Source of the DNA: Nitrospirota bacterium
Lineage (GTDB): Bacteria > Nitrospirota > UBA9217
Direction: 5' to 3'
Assembly: GCA_963751455.1 (NCBI GenBank)
Contig: CAVVUN010000001.1
Location: 256,001-320,000 of the forward strand
DNA length: 64,000 nt
Below the pieces are notes generated by a model that had not been told where the DNA came from, made no database searches, and was given only the letters and a program-made list of their open reading frames with translations. Positions 49,369 to 60,180 of the stretch are shown piece after piece; within the stretch, counting starts at the first letter, position 1, and every line of letters begins with the position of its first letter. Position numbers and translations under genes: made by a program.

Positions 49369-49928
49369 GTGAATTACCCCGCAGCAGAGCTGCGGGGCAT
49401 CCTAAAACCGGCTAAAACCTAAAATCTATTTGCTCATCATGCTGATATCGAATATACTTTCTGATAACTTCTGCCGTCACTTTGTCGCCAACCGAACGGA
49501 CAAAGTAACCATCATTCCAGAGTTCCCCTCCCCAAAGCTTTTTCTTTATCTCAGGGAATTCGCGAAACATTATCTTTGCGGATATACTTTTGACTATCTG
49601 CACTACCCTCGCTGGAGCATACTTCGGTGGCACAACCCAAAACAAATGCACGTGATCATCCATTACTTCCATCGTGTCTATCTCAAATTCATATTGCTCT
49701 GCGATCTCACGAAATATCTCTTTCAGTCTCTTCGTCATTCGATCGTTGAACAGTTTCTTCCGATATTTTGGAATCCATACGAAATGATACTTCAGATCAT
49801 AGACGCTATGTTTGGTTCTTCTCAATGGGCTCATGGCCCGTATTGTAACAGATTCTCATCCTGACTTCGTCAGGATTGTCCTTTTCATCCCAGCAGTAGA
49901 ACTGCTGGGTATTCAAGGACAGTTTTTT
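49369..49928 (-). mobile_element. IS200-type element (tnpA only, 560 bp)
   Basis: Subterminal hairpins CCCAGCAG/CTGCTGGG and CCCCGCAGC/GCTGCGGGG; TTAT target 5' of left end; right end TCAC. Confidence 0.9.
49412..49834 (-). CDS. tnpA: IS200/IS605 Y1 transposase
   Basis: YHFVWIPKYR, DHVH HUH motif, LWNDGYF, YIRYQ. Confidence 0.95.
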   Translation of the reverse strand: MSPLRRTKHSVYDLKYHFVWIPKYRKKLFNDRMTKRLKEIFREIAEQYEFEIDTMEVMDDHVHLFWVVPPKYAPARVVQIVKSISAKIMFREFPEIKKKLWGGELWNDGYFVRSVGDKVTAEVIRKYIRYQHDEQIDFRF

Positions 49929-50264
49929 ATAAACATTCGTGCCTTCATGAAAAAATATAACAGGAAACAATGAATGCCAAAGCAATAAATGATGCTGCTA
50001 ATTTTTTTCCCGTCAGCTTCATGATATGCTCCTCTCCGCTATATGGATATGTAAGCCCGCCTCATCAGCATTTTTTTCTAATACTTTTTTATACTAGTCG
50101 TATTTTCATAAGGTAATTAACGTAGATAATTTTGTCAACCAAAAAACGATGATTGGGCGGGGTATTTTCGGGTGATAATAATTCTAATTTTAGGCTGGAG
50201 ATTCTATGCAGGGATTGGATATTGCCTATCAGGAATGTTTCGCTCTGCAATAAATTATGTATTA

Positions 50265-51898
50265 CGGAATTTGTCAATGACTTTGAGACACCCCGCGTCC
50301 GAATTTAGTGTACTTTTTCCTCGCTCAGAGGGATCGGTTTCGGCCTATTAATCCACACCGCGTCCGGTAATGAAGGAGGAACCGGGATCTTCCTCACGAA
50401 CCTTTCAGGATGCGCCTCGTACGCTGTAAGAAGCACCACGCTTCTGGCTTTTTGCACGTCTTCGGCAACTCCGTAATGGACGGATTCCGGCGTAAGCAGT
50501 CCGATGCCGGAGTGGTGATGCTCGGTATTGTACCAAGGGAAAAAGACTTGGCAGAAACCTCGGCTGTCCTCGATGCAGCCGAACCGATCGGGGAAATCCG
50601 GCCGGTACTTGAGCGTCTTGAATTGTGACTCGGAAAACGGATTATCATCGCTCGTATACGGCCTGCTGTGAGTCTTCGTGACCCCCAGATCAGCCATGAG
50701 CAAGGCAACCGGCTTGGACCTCATGGAAGAGCCGCGGTCCGCGTGAATCGTGAGCTGTCCTTTTTCGATATTCTGCTTTGCGCAGGTTTCCTTGATGAGC
50801 CTTTCCGCCAATGAAGCCGATTCAGCAGGGGCGATCATCCAGCCGACGACGTAGCGGCTGAAGATGTCCATGATCACGTAGAGGTAAAAATAGGTCCATT
50901 TTGCCGGGCCTAAAAGCTTCGTAATGTCCCAGGACCAGACTTGGTTCGGTGCCGTGGCCAAAAGTTCCGGCTTCTGATACACGGGATGGGTGAGCTGGTT
51001 CCTGCGCTCCTTGACCTCCTGGTTTTCGTCGAGGATGCGGTACATGGTGCTTATAGAGCAGTGATATTCCCCTTCATCCAGAAGGGTTGCATAGACCTCT
51101 TGGGGTGCCTTGTCGGTGAAACGGTCGGCATGGAGAATATCGAGTACTCCTTGCCGTTCGTCTGAAGAGAGTGCACGAGGAGGTCTCGGACGTTTTCTGC
51201 GCTCCAGGAGAGGCGCATTTTTTCGTGCCTGCGTCCGGTAGAACCCTGAACGAGGCACATCGAGCGATGCACATGCTGATTTGATCCCGATATCACAGGA
51301 AAGAGTAAGAGCGGCTTCCATTATTCGCTCTCTCCTTTCACCGGGGTCGCAGGCGGGATCCCCAGAATCTGTGATATTTTTTTTTGAACGTCGATGATAA
51401 TTTCGGCCTGCCTGAGACGATTGGTAAGCCGTTCATTCTCTTTGCGGAGCTTTTCGTTCTCTACATGGAGAGGATGGCGGACTGATTCCTTACGCCCTCG
51501 CTTCTTGGGCGCGAGGCCGGATAGTACGCCGCGGTCGCGCTGACCTTGCCAGGTTTTGAGATTCGATGCATAGAGCCCTTCTCGGCGCAGGAGCGTACCA
51601 AGGCACCCCGGCTCATCGCAGGCATCGGCAAGCGTAAGGACTCGAAGCTTGTATTCAGCTGTAAAACGTCGCCGCACGGCTTTGGCCGGAACCTCGGGGT
51701 CCGGCAGGACCGAAGCCATACCTTGATGAGAATTGACTTCTTGCTGGGGCTCGTCCCAGGGAACCTCAGTCGCCCTACGGGCTCCTTCGTTTCCCTGGGT
51801 TGCTTTGATCTTTGTTGCTATCATAAGGTTATTTCCTCCCCCGCCCGCTACTCTAATTTACCATAGGGGAGGTGTCTCAGTCATATTGACACAGAGGG
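50265..51898 (-). mobile_element. IS3-family element copy 2 (orfA 51321-51824, orfB 50305-51321)
   Basis: Near-identical inverted copy of 45010-46643; flanked by a TTA direct repeat. Confidence 0.93.
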
Positions 51899-52288
51899 TT
51901 AACGATAACTTGTGATGCAGTTGTGGTAAAAGGCTCTATCTGAAAGCTGGCATATATGAAGCAGACGAGGGACAGCTATACTCGAGCGCTCCATACCATA
52001 TAGATAATTGCTAAGGTATGTGTGAAACTAAAGTGAAGATATGCTGGTATTGCGGTATGTCTGCTTGACTCATTTTATTGCAGATAATTGCTTATCTTGC
52101 CGCAATGAAACCTCGAAAAGTGCGGCGATGCCTTTATTGGATGCGCCGATTTTAATACGAAAAAGGACAAAAAAAATCGACTCGTTCGCTCAACGGAACG
52201 ACTTGCGGATGTCGTTTCTAATTGCGATCTGGATTGGTCCCTTTCTGAGTATCTCCAGAATTTAAGCGCTGGACTTGTGCAGCGGGTT

Positions 52289-54974
52289 TTATTTCGCCAG
52301 CCGCCTGAGGATCTCCTCAAGCTTCTTTATCTGCTCGCCGTACCCTGCCCAGTTGCCCTCTCGTTGCAGCTGCAGCGCCCGTTCATAGACGCTCAGGGCC
52401 TGACGCGAGAGTTCTGCCGGGGACACACCCTTCTCTTCCACAATTGTGCGCGTTGCAGGAGCCTGAGTCGGCCGTTTGCCGCCGAACATGCGGAAGAGCG
52501 CCAGTTCCAGGTTGTCCTCCATCACGACTTCGTTCTCGTATGCCACGATGACCCTGCGCAGCTCCGGTAGGCTCCCCTTGTCCGCTGATGCAAGATACAA
52601 GGGCTGTACATAGAGAAGAGAGCGCTCGATCGGGATGATAAGCATGCTTCCCCTGATCACCTGCGATCCCCGCTGGCCCCAGAGCGTCAGCTGCTGCGAT
52701 ATGGCGGAATCCTGGTTGATGCGCGCGTCGATCTGCTTCGGTCCGAAGATCAGCCGGTCCCGGGGGAAGGTATACGCGATGATCTTGCCGTAGTTCGGCT
52801 CGTCGCACCGGGCCGTAATCCAGGCCGCCAGGTTGTCGCGTTTTGCGGGCGTAAACGGCATCAGCAGGATGTACTCTTCCTTCTTTTCGCCAGGCAGCTT
52901 CATGACCGTGTAGGAAGGCTCCATGGGCTTGTTTTCATGGAGCGGCAGCTCCCAGAGGTTCTCCCTGTTGTAGAACACCTGCGGGTCCGTCATGTGATAC
53001 GAGGCAAAGAGCGAGGCCTGGATCTGGAGGAACCGGTGCGGATACCGGACATGACTGCGGAGATCCATGGGCATTTCGGAAAGCGGCTTGAACAGCGTGG
53101 GAAAGATCCGCTGGTAGGTCCGGATAAGCACATCCGCCGGGTCATAGACATAAAAATCAACATTGCCGTCGTAGGCATCCACAACTGCCTTGACGGAGTT
53201 GCGGATGTAATTTATCCGTCCGGAAGGCCGGGAATACGGAAGACGGTCGGACGAAGTGAACGCGTCGATGATCCAGGCAAGCCGCCCGTTTTCCCGGACA
53301 ACCATGTACGGGTCCTGCTCGAAGAGAAGGAACGGCGCGACTGCCCTCACCCGCTCGGCAATGGTGCGATAATACAATATTTTGCTTTGGGGCTGAATAT
53401 CGGAAGACAGCAGGATCTTTTCGCTCTTGAACACAGCCGCAAAGAAAAGCCTCCTTGCGAGCGATCCGACGCTCACTCCGCCCTTGCCGTCATACGTGGT
53501 ATAGATGTTTTTATCGGTGGTCGGATAGCTGAACTCGGGCACCCGGGTCTTGACGATTACGTACTCATTCGACAGTTCCCCGTAGTATATCTCCGGACGG
53601 CTGATCTTCACCTCAGGCGCCTGGCTTATCGGCGGGATGTCCTTTACGATGAATTCCGGCAGGCCTTCCCTGCTGATCCTGCTGACCGGGCCCATGGTCA
53701 GGCCGTTGCCGTGCGTGAAGATGAGCCGCTCGTTGATCCAGTTCCTGCTCGGCAGATCGTTGTACGAAAGCTCGCGCGGCGAGAGCATTACCTGCATGTA
53801 TTTTTTGTTGACCGTATAGCGGTCGTTGTCCACGTCAAAGAATTTGTAGTACGTGCGGATCTGCTGCAGCTGGCTGTACGTCCTGAGCAGCGGCGCATGG
53901 TCCCAGAGGCGAACGTTATCGGTCGTTGCCGCGTTGTCTCTCGATGTCCCTGGACGAAAGCGTGTAATCCACGTCAAACGGTTTGACCTCGATCTTGTCC
54001 AGATCGAAGCCCATGCGGGTAAAGCGGATATTATGGGTAATGAACGGCGTTTCCAGCGCCAGCTCATTCGGCGCAACTTTGAACTGCTGGAGGCCCGAAG
54101 GATAGAGCATCACGCCCACGACGTAGAGGACCCCAACGAGCACCGGCGGCGCCAGTGCCAGGAGCCAGGAGCCCCTCCAGGTCCCGATGACAAGCATAAC
54201 AGCCGCAATTGCGGAGGCAATTGTCAGGATGCGGTATATCGGGAGCCGCGCATACACGTCGGTATACCCTGCGCCGTAGATCACCCCGCTGTCCGAAAAG
54301 AGCAGCCGGAATGTATCGAGGTAGAAACCGACGGCCATATTGAGCAGGATCAAGCCGATCAGTACAGCCAGGTGGCGGATAACCGGCCTCTTTATGGAAA
54401 AGCCGCGCTCGCTCATCGCGATGCCGCCGCGCAGGAAATAGACAAGTGCCGTCGTCGCTGCGGTGAGGAACAGCATGAACCCGATGAAACCGATCAGCGC
54501 CTCTATAAACGAAAGATCGAACAGATAGAACCCGATGTCAGATCCGAGCACAGGGTCCGCCATACCCATGCGCTCTCCGTGCTGAAACAGCAGGAAATCC
54601 TGCCATTGATGAGAGGCCCACTGCCCCGCCATAAGGCCGAATAGGGCGGCAGCTGCCGGCATAAGCAGTTTCAGCAGCCGGTCAGCGGAACCGGTCGTGA
54701 ACGGTCCGGGCGCTCCCTGGATAAAGAACAAATCGCGCTGCGGAAATGCAGCTCTTCGCGCTATCTCAGCATTCACAACAACAAAAACAAACAGCAGAAG
54801 CCCGAATGCTGCGCCGAGGCCTATTTTGACGAAAAGGGTTTTCGTAAATACCGGTATGTATCCTGTCTCTTGAAAAAATAACCAGTCAGCTGCAAGGTCG
54901 AGGAGCGACCACAGGAACGGCAGAGCAAACAGGAGAGCAACTGCGATGAGGAGAAGTATTCTCGGTCTTTTCAT
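52289..54974 (-). CDS. UPF0182 family membrane protein, frameshift near 53937
   Basis: DPVLGSDIGFYLF, GAGYTDV, NVRLWD, YTHG-like FTHG, NYIRNSVKA; one extra base splits the ORF. Confidence 0.88.
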
Positions 54975-55092
54975 GTTATTTCCTTTCATTTGCGGCGCAT
55001 GCCGAGGCTGAACCGCACATTATGCGTCCTCTTTTTTTACTGTATCACAAATTTGATCAAAAGCCAAAAAATATTGATTCTTTGTGCTTCCG

Positions 55093-56111
55093 TTATCCCC
55101 TTCCGCGCAGGACGTAGAGAAGATATACGTTTATAATATAGGCGAGCAGCAGCGCCAGCGCGTCCCAGCCGATTCTCATGAATGCCTTTTTTTCCGTGCG
55201 GTACGTAAGACTCACTATTGCGATACCGGTCATAACGACGGCAATCATGCCCGTCAGTGCATGGTTTACGGACACATCCGATAAAAGCGGGCCCTTCCTG
55301 TAAAGAGATCGTCGATCGCAAGGATAAAAATGTTGAACATGTTGCTTCCAAAAAGATTCGCTATGGCCATGTCCGCGGCCCCGATCCTCAAGGCGGCCAC
55401 GGAAACGACTACTTCCGGAAGCGAAGTGGTGAGCGCGACGAATACCGTGCCGAAAAAGCTCTGTCCGAGCCCTGTTTGCTGCGCGAGCCTGTCGCCGATT
55501 ACCGGCAGCCAGGTTGCCGCGATGACGATAATAAGCGCATTCAGAACATAATTGGTCACCGCGTTCCGGGTAGTAATGTGCTCATACCGGGTCGCTTCCT
55601 TAAGCCCGCTCACGAAATCCGCAATTTTTCTCTTTTCGAACAGGAAAACGCTCCTGATTCCTATAACGTAGATAAGAATTATCGCCGGGGTATAAAGACC
55701 GATGTGGCCGAATGCGAGCTCCAGGGGCGAGAAGATCGATATGGACGCTAATCCAATCAGGATTATACCGAAGCCTGCAGAAAGGATATGTCCGTGCTCG
55801 GCCTTTGAAAAAATGGGCCGCGGACCGTGAAGCAGATCCATCAGCGCGATGATCGACAGATTGAACACGCAGCTCCCCATTATGTCGCCGAGGGCGATGT
55901 CCGGCGTGTCGGCGAAGGTGACCGAGCTTATACCGGTGATCAGCTCCGGAAGCGAGGTCACTCCCGCCATCAGGACCAGCCCGATCCAGGCCCTGCCCAT
56001 TCCCGTCTTTTCCGCGATCACATCCCCGTACCGGGAAAGACTGGTGCCGCAAATCACAATGACAACAGAACACGCTATGAATGCCAGCCACCACAAAGCA
56101 ATCTCCCTCAA
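55093..56111 (-). CDS. Sodium:calcium antiporter (CaCA) family, frameshift near 55303
   Basis: Two alpha repeats TSLPE...GS.VFN / GSNMFN; adding one T restores FYRKGPLLSDVS. Confidence 0.88.
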
Positions 56112-56203
56112 GATAGAGCTTCAGGTTAAGGACTTGATTTATAAGTGTTGATGACTTTCCTATAAGTGCAAATTTTGTCTTTATTCGGCTTTTTCAGAGA
56201 CCC

Positions 56204-56368
56204 CTGCATCCCGTGAGCAGCGACCGCGCTTTACATGACCAGCATCAACTTGGTCAAATCACAAATCGTGCATGCGCGTGCGAAGCTCAGCGCTATGGGA
56301 GGCTGTATTGACAATTATAACTGAAGATATTCTGGCATGTTTGCGCGGCGCTGTGAACGGCGGTGCAG
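56204..56368. ncRNA. Candidate structured non-coding element, copy 2
   Basis: Homologous to 20627-20801. Confidence 0.45.
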
Positions 56369-56585
56369 AAAAAATAAAAGGATCTCGAACTTCCTGGCAT
56401 GACTGTTCAGGCTGCTGTTTTTTTGAATGCCTGCTAATTCTTTCTAAATCTTTGCAATTTAGGGTTATTCGCGAAATTGCTGATAGAGGAAACAATTGCA
56501 ACAATCGCCCGAATATGCTACAAAATACGTACATGAAGGGCTAACTGGAGCTCTATTGAAAACACGAGCACAATGTTTATTCACA

Positions 56586-58307
56586 ATGAAAAATAAAGCC
56601 GTTTTGGACAAAATAAGAAGTATTCCAAAAGGTTGGATATTCCTGTGTCTCATTATCCTCTTCGTTGTGTTCGTGCGCGTCAGGCTCCTGGAAATGCCGC
56701 TTGAGAGGGATGAAGGAGAATACGCCTACATGGGACAGCTTCTGCTGGAAGGCGTACCCCCTTACGGCGAGGCATACAACATGAAATTCCCCGGCGTATA
56801 TCTCATGTACGCCGTTATTATGGCGCTCTTCGGTCAGACAGCTCAGGGCATTCATATCGGGCTGCTGCTGGTGAATTGCGCCGCAATTTTGCTCATGTAT
56901 CTTTTGGCAAGGAAAATGGTTGACGACATGCCGGCGGCTGTTGCCGGGGCGACCTACGGCATCCTGTCACTCAGTCCTTCAGTATTCGGCTTCGCTGCCC
57001 ATGCCACTCACTTCGTGGTGCTGCCCGCCCTTGGTGGAACTCTCTTGCTGCTTCACGCTCTTGAAAAAAGGAAGCTCCTTCTGTTTTTTTTGTCAGGCGC
57101 TTTGCTCGGCATTTCTGTCATCATGAAGCAGCCCGGGATAGTTTTTGTTCTGTTCGGCGCAGCGTACATCGTTTGGCGGCATTTCTATTCGAAGCGGCCC
57201 GGCTTGCCTGTTTTTTTTAATAAGCTCGCCCCATTCTGTCTGGGGGCGCTGCTGCCGCTCCTCATTACCGCGCTCTGGCTCTATTTTGCAGGCGTCTTCG
57301 ACAGGTTCTGGTTTTGGACAGTCGTTTATGCCTCCAAGTACGCCAGCCAGGTCTCCTTTCCCGACGCTTTAGTGCGTTTAAAAAACAGTTTTCTTCAGGT
57401 GGCTGACGGCTTTTTTCTTTTCTGGATAATGGCCGGCCTCGGTCTTGCCGCAATGCTTATCCGTAAAGGGCGCCCCTCTGTCGCAGATTTATCTTCGAGC
57501 AAAATGGACCGGGCCCCGGAGCATCAGCTTGTTATTTCGGACAGGGAAACCGTGATCAAGCCGTTCGTTCTCCTCTTCGCCTTTTTTTCCTTTCTTTCGG
57601 TATTGCCTGGATTCTATTTCCGCAGTCATTATTATATAACGCTGCTTCCGGCAGTATCGCTCCTGTTCTGTATTTTCATCGATTTCCTGCGATCAGGAGG
57701 CTTCTCTTTTTTCAAGGTGCGGCTTCCGAAACGCATCGGCGCGGTGATATTCATTGCCGCAGCCACAATCGGCGTTGTTCACGAAAGGGATTATTTCTTT
57801 GCCGACAATCCAGCCAGACTTTCCGGATTGATTTATTCCGGCAACCCATTTTCAGAATCTTTGAAAATAGCAAAGTTTATCGAAGAGAGGACTACTCCGG
57901 ATGACAGGATCGCCGTGTTCGGTTCCGAGCCGCAGATATTTTTTTATGCCAACCGACGTTCTGCTACGGGATATATATACACCTACAGTCTGATGGAGAT
58001 TCACAAATATGCTTTAGCGATGCAGAAAGAAATGACCGCCGAAGTCGAGGCCTCGAAACCTAAATTCATCGTTGACGTAATTGCCGGGGAATCCTGGTCA
58101 CAGCAGCCGGAATCTGAAACATACATTTGGGGTTGGATGGATAAATATATTGCCGACAGATATAACCTGGTCGGGATTGTAGATATGATACCTCCGAACA
58201 TGTCGCTTTATAAGTGGTACGACGAAGCAAAAAAATACAAGGCACAGTCGCCTTGGTCTTTGCTTATTTACGAGAGGCAAGAGAACACCGCAGTTGGAGA
58301 AACCTGA
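56586..58307 (+). CDS. GT-C glycosyltransferase (ArnT/PMT family)
   Basis: RDEGEYAY, KFPG, multiple TM, MKQ. Confidence 0.85.
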   Translation: MKNKAVLDKIRSIPKGWIFLCLIILFVVFVRVRLLEMPLERDEGEYAYMGQLLLEGVPPYGEAYNMKFPGVYLMYAVIMALFGQTAQGIHIGLLLVNCAAILLMYLLARKMVDDMPAAVAGATYGILSLSPSVFGFAAHATHFVVLPALGGTLLLLHALEKRKLLLFFLSGALLGISVIMKQPGIVFVLFGAAYIVWRHFYSKRPGLPVFFNKLAPFCLGALLPLLITALWLYFAGVFDRFWFWTVVYASKYASQVSFPDALVRLKNSFLQVADGFFLFWIMAGLGLAAMLIRKGRPSVADLSSSKMDRAPEHQLVISDRETVIKPFVLLFAFFSFLSVLPGFYFRSHYYITLLPAVSLLFCIFIDFLRSGGFSFFKVRLPKRIGAVIFIAAATIGVVHERDYFFADNPARLSGLIYSGNPFSESLKIAKFIEERTTPDDRIAVFGSEPQIFFYANRRSATGYIYTYSLMEIHKYALAMQKEMTAEVEASKPKFIVDVIAGESWSQQPESETYIWGWMDKYIADRYNLVGIVDMIPPNMSLYKWYDEAKKYKAQSPWSLLIYERQENTAVGET

Positions 58308-60064
58308 TGAAAAGGTTTAACTCAGCCGAAATGCCGGAAAAATCAGGCATGAACTTCCGGTCCTTATTCGAAACCGCCGTCCAATCGTTAGAGTACCGGG
58401 AAAAGCCGCTTTTGAATGCGGACGGACGGGAAAGAAAAGCGCAGGTGCTATTGCTTGTTGCACTAACCGCTGTTTGCCTTCTTCCGTTTGCCGGGAAGGC
58501 ATTTAATATGGATGACCCGTTATTCATCTGGGTCGCGCAGTTCATTCAGTCAAATCCTCTTGATCCTTACGGATTCAACGTCAACTGGTATGAAACAGTG
58601 TTGCCGATGTCGGAGGTCAACAAGAATCCGCCGCTTGTCTCTTATTTTATCGCTATTGCGGGCTCTGTTTTCGGATGGAATGAACCCGCGCTTCATATTG
58701 TCTTTCTACTGCCGGCGATGGCCGTTGTCGTCGGCACATATCTGATCGCGGGGTATTATTGCGCAAATCCGATTCTGGCAAGCCTCGCTGTATTATTTAC
58801 GCCTGTCTTTCTCGTCTCAAGCACGACCATCATGTCCGATTTGCTGATGCTGGCCTTCTGGGTGTTTGCGGTTTATTTCTGGATTTCAGGCCTGGATAAG
58901 AACTCGAATTTCAGGCTTTTGCTTTCCGTCATACTGGTTGCCCTTAGCGCCTTGTCGAAATATTTTGGGATGGCTCTCCTTCCGATGCTGCTGCTGTACT
59001 CGCTTCTTAAGCGCCGGAATGCGGCACGGTCGGCACTGTTTATGCTTTTGCCGGTTGCCCTCCTGGGTGCGTACCAGTGGGCAACGGGTGAGCTCTACGG
59101 CCGGGGGCTGCTGACGGACGCCGGTGCATATGCTATTGCGGTTCCTTCGGCCTTCGGGAAATTGTCCTTCCCGAAGCTGTTAGTCGGTCTGTCTTTCATG
59201 GGCGGTTGTGTTCTCGTGGTTCTATTTTTCACAAATCTGGCCTGGTCCCGGAGGGAATTCTTTATCGGAGTTATTCTCGCGGCTATCGTCACGATAATAG
59301 CGGGTTCGACCGGGTCGCTTGGAAACTACCGGCTTCCTGAAGAAGACACGGCCCGCTGGATCATCGCCTTGGAGCTTGGCATCTTCATCAGCGGCGGCAT
59401 CAGTTTGCTGGCCATCGCCTTTCTGGATTTGATCCATAGGAAAGACGCTGACTCGAGCCTGTTGTTCGTATGGTTCATGGGAACTTTTGTCTTTGCTGCC
59501 TTTATAAATTGGACCACGGCCGCCCGCTCGATCCTCCCGCTGGTTCCAGCAGCAGGCATACTGATTGCGCGCAGGATAGAACAGCACAAATCGGGGAAGC
59601 GGATTTCCCTGAGGCGAATATTTACACCCTTGATCGGGGCAGCCGTTGTTGCGCTTGCAGTGACCTGGGCCGACTATAGCCTTGCCAACAGCGGCCGCCA
59701 GGCCGCCGCTGACATTCTTGACAAATACATAAACAGAAAAGAGAGTATTTGGTTTTCAGGCCATTGGGGGTTCCAATATTACATGCAGAATTCCGGCGCG
59801 AGGCCTTTTGATAGAGACCTTTCGATACCCGCAGCCGGCGATATCCTGGTTGTTCCCAGCAATAATACAAATGTTGTTGAGCTGCCTTCTCAACTGGTGC
59901 GGCTTCACGAAGTCCTTGAAGTGCCTTCCGGCGGCCGATGGATAACAACGATGAGTTTAAAGACCGGGGCCGGCTTTTACTCAGATACGTGGGGTCCCCT
60001 TCCCTTTGCTGTGGGGAGCGTGCCTTTAGAACAGTATCATGTTTTCGAAGTAAGGGGTTTGTAA
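58307..60064 (+). CDS. GT-C glycosyltransferase (ArnT/PMT family)
   Basis: MDDPLF, NPPL, multiple TM, SKY; TGATG coupling. Confidence 0.8.
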   Translation: MKRFNSAEMPEKSGMNFRSLFETAVQSLEYREKPLLNADGRERKAQVLLLVALTAVCLLPFAGKAFNMDDPLFIWVAQFIQSNPLDPYGFNVNWYETVLPMSEVNKNPPLVSYFIAIAGSVFGWNEPALHIVFLLPAMAVVVGTYLIAGYYCANPILASLAVLFTPVFLVSSTTIMSDLLMLAFWVFAVYFWISGLDKNSNFRLLLSVILVALSALSKYFGMALLPMLLLYSLLKRRNAARSALFMLLPVALLGAYQWATGELYGRGLLTDAGAYAIAVPSAFGKLSFPKLLVGLSFMGGCVLVVLFFTNLAWSRREFFIGVILAAIVTIIAGSTGSLGNYRLPEEDTARWIIALELGIFISGGISLLAIAFLDLIHRKDADSSLLFVWFMGTFVFAAFINWTTAARSILPLVPAAGILIARRIEQHKSGKRISLRRIFTPLIGAAVVALAVTWADYSLANSGRQAAADILDKYINRKESIWFSGHWGFQYYMQNSGARPFDRDLSIPAAGDILVVPSNNTNVVELPSQLVRLHEVLEVPSGGRWITTMSLKTGAGFYSDTWGPLPFAVGSVPLEQYHVFEVRGL

Positions 60065-60076
60065 GAGGTCAAAATC

Positions 60077-60146
60077 CACCACGGAGACACGGAGAAATTA
60101 TTTTAAGAAATATTTCAGGTTCGCTCCGTGCTCTCTGTGGTTAAAA
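60077..60146. repeat. CACGGAGA 9-nt-period palindromic repeat (related 20552-20580, 62570-62636)
   Basis: ccaccacggagacacggaga ... ctccgtgctctctgtgg. Confidence 0.6.
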
Positions 60147-60180
60147 TCCGAATTCCTTGAGTTTTGCAAGGTGATTTTTT

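Larger units (their letters stand above)
49201..49973 (+). pseudogene. Small ORF interrupted by IS200
   Basis: Removing 49369-49928 joins ...EKLDFK to INIRAFMKKYNRKQ* in frame. Confidence 0.6.

Noticed and set aside
50150-50260. Third inverted copy of the 205-nt island repeat
   Set aside because: Only AGGGATTGG is shared; too little to support
53930-55310. Frameshifts in the UPF0182 and Na/Ca antiporter genes as real pseudogenisation
   Set aside because: Each is fixed by one base and both halves are otherwise intact; same error pattern
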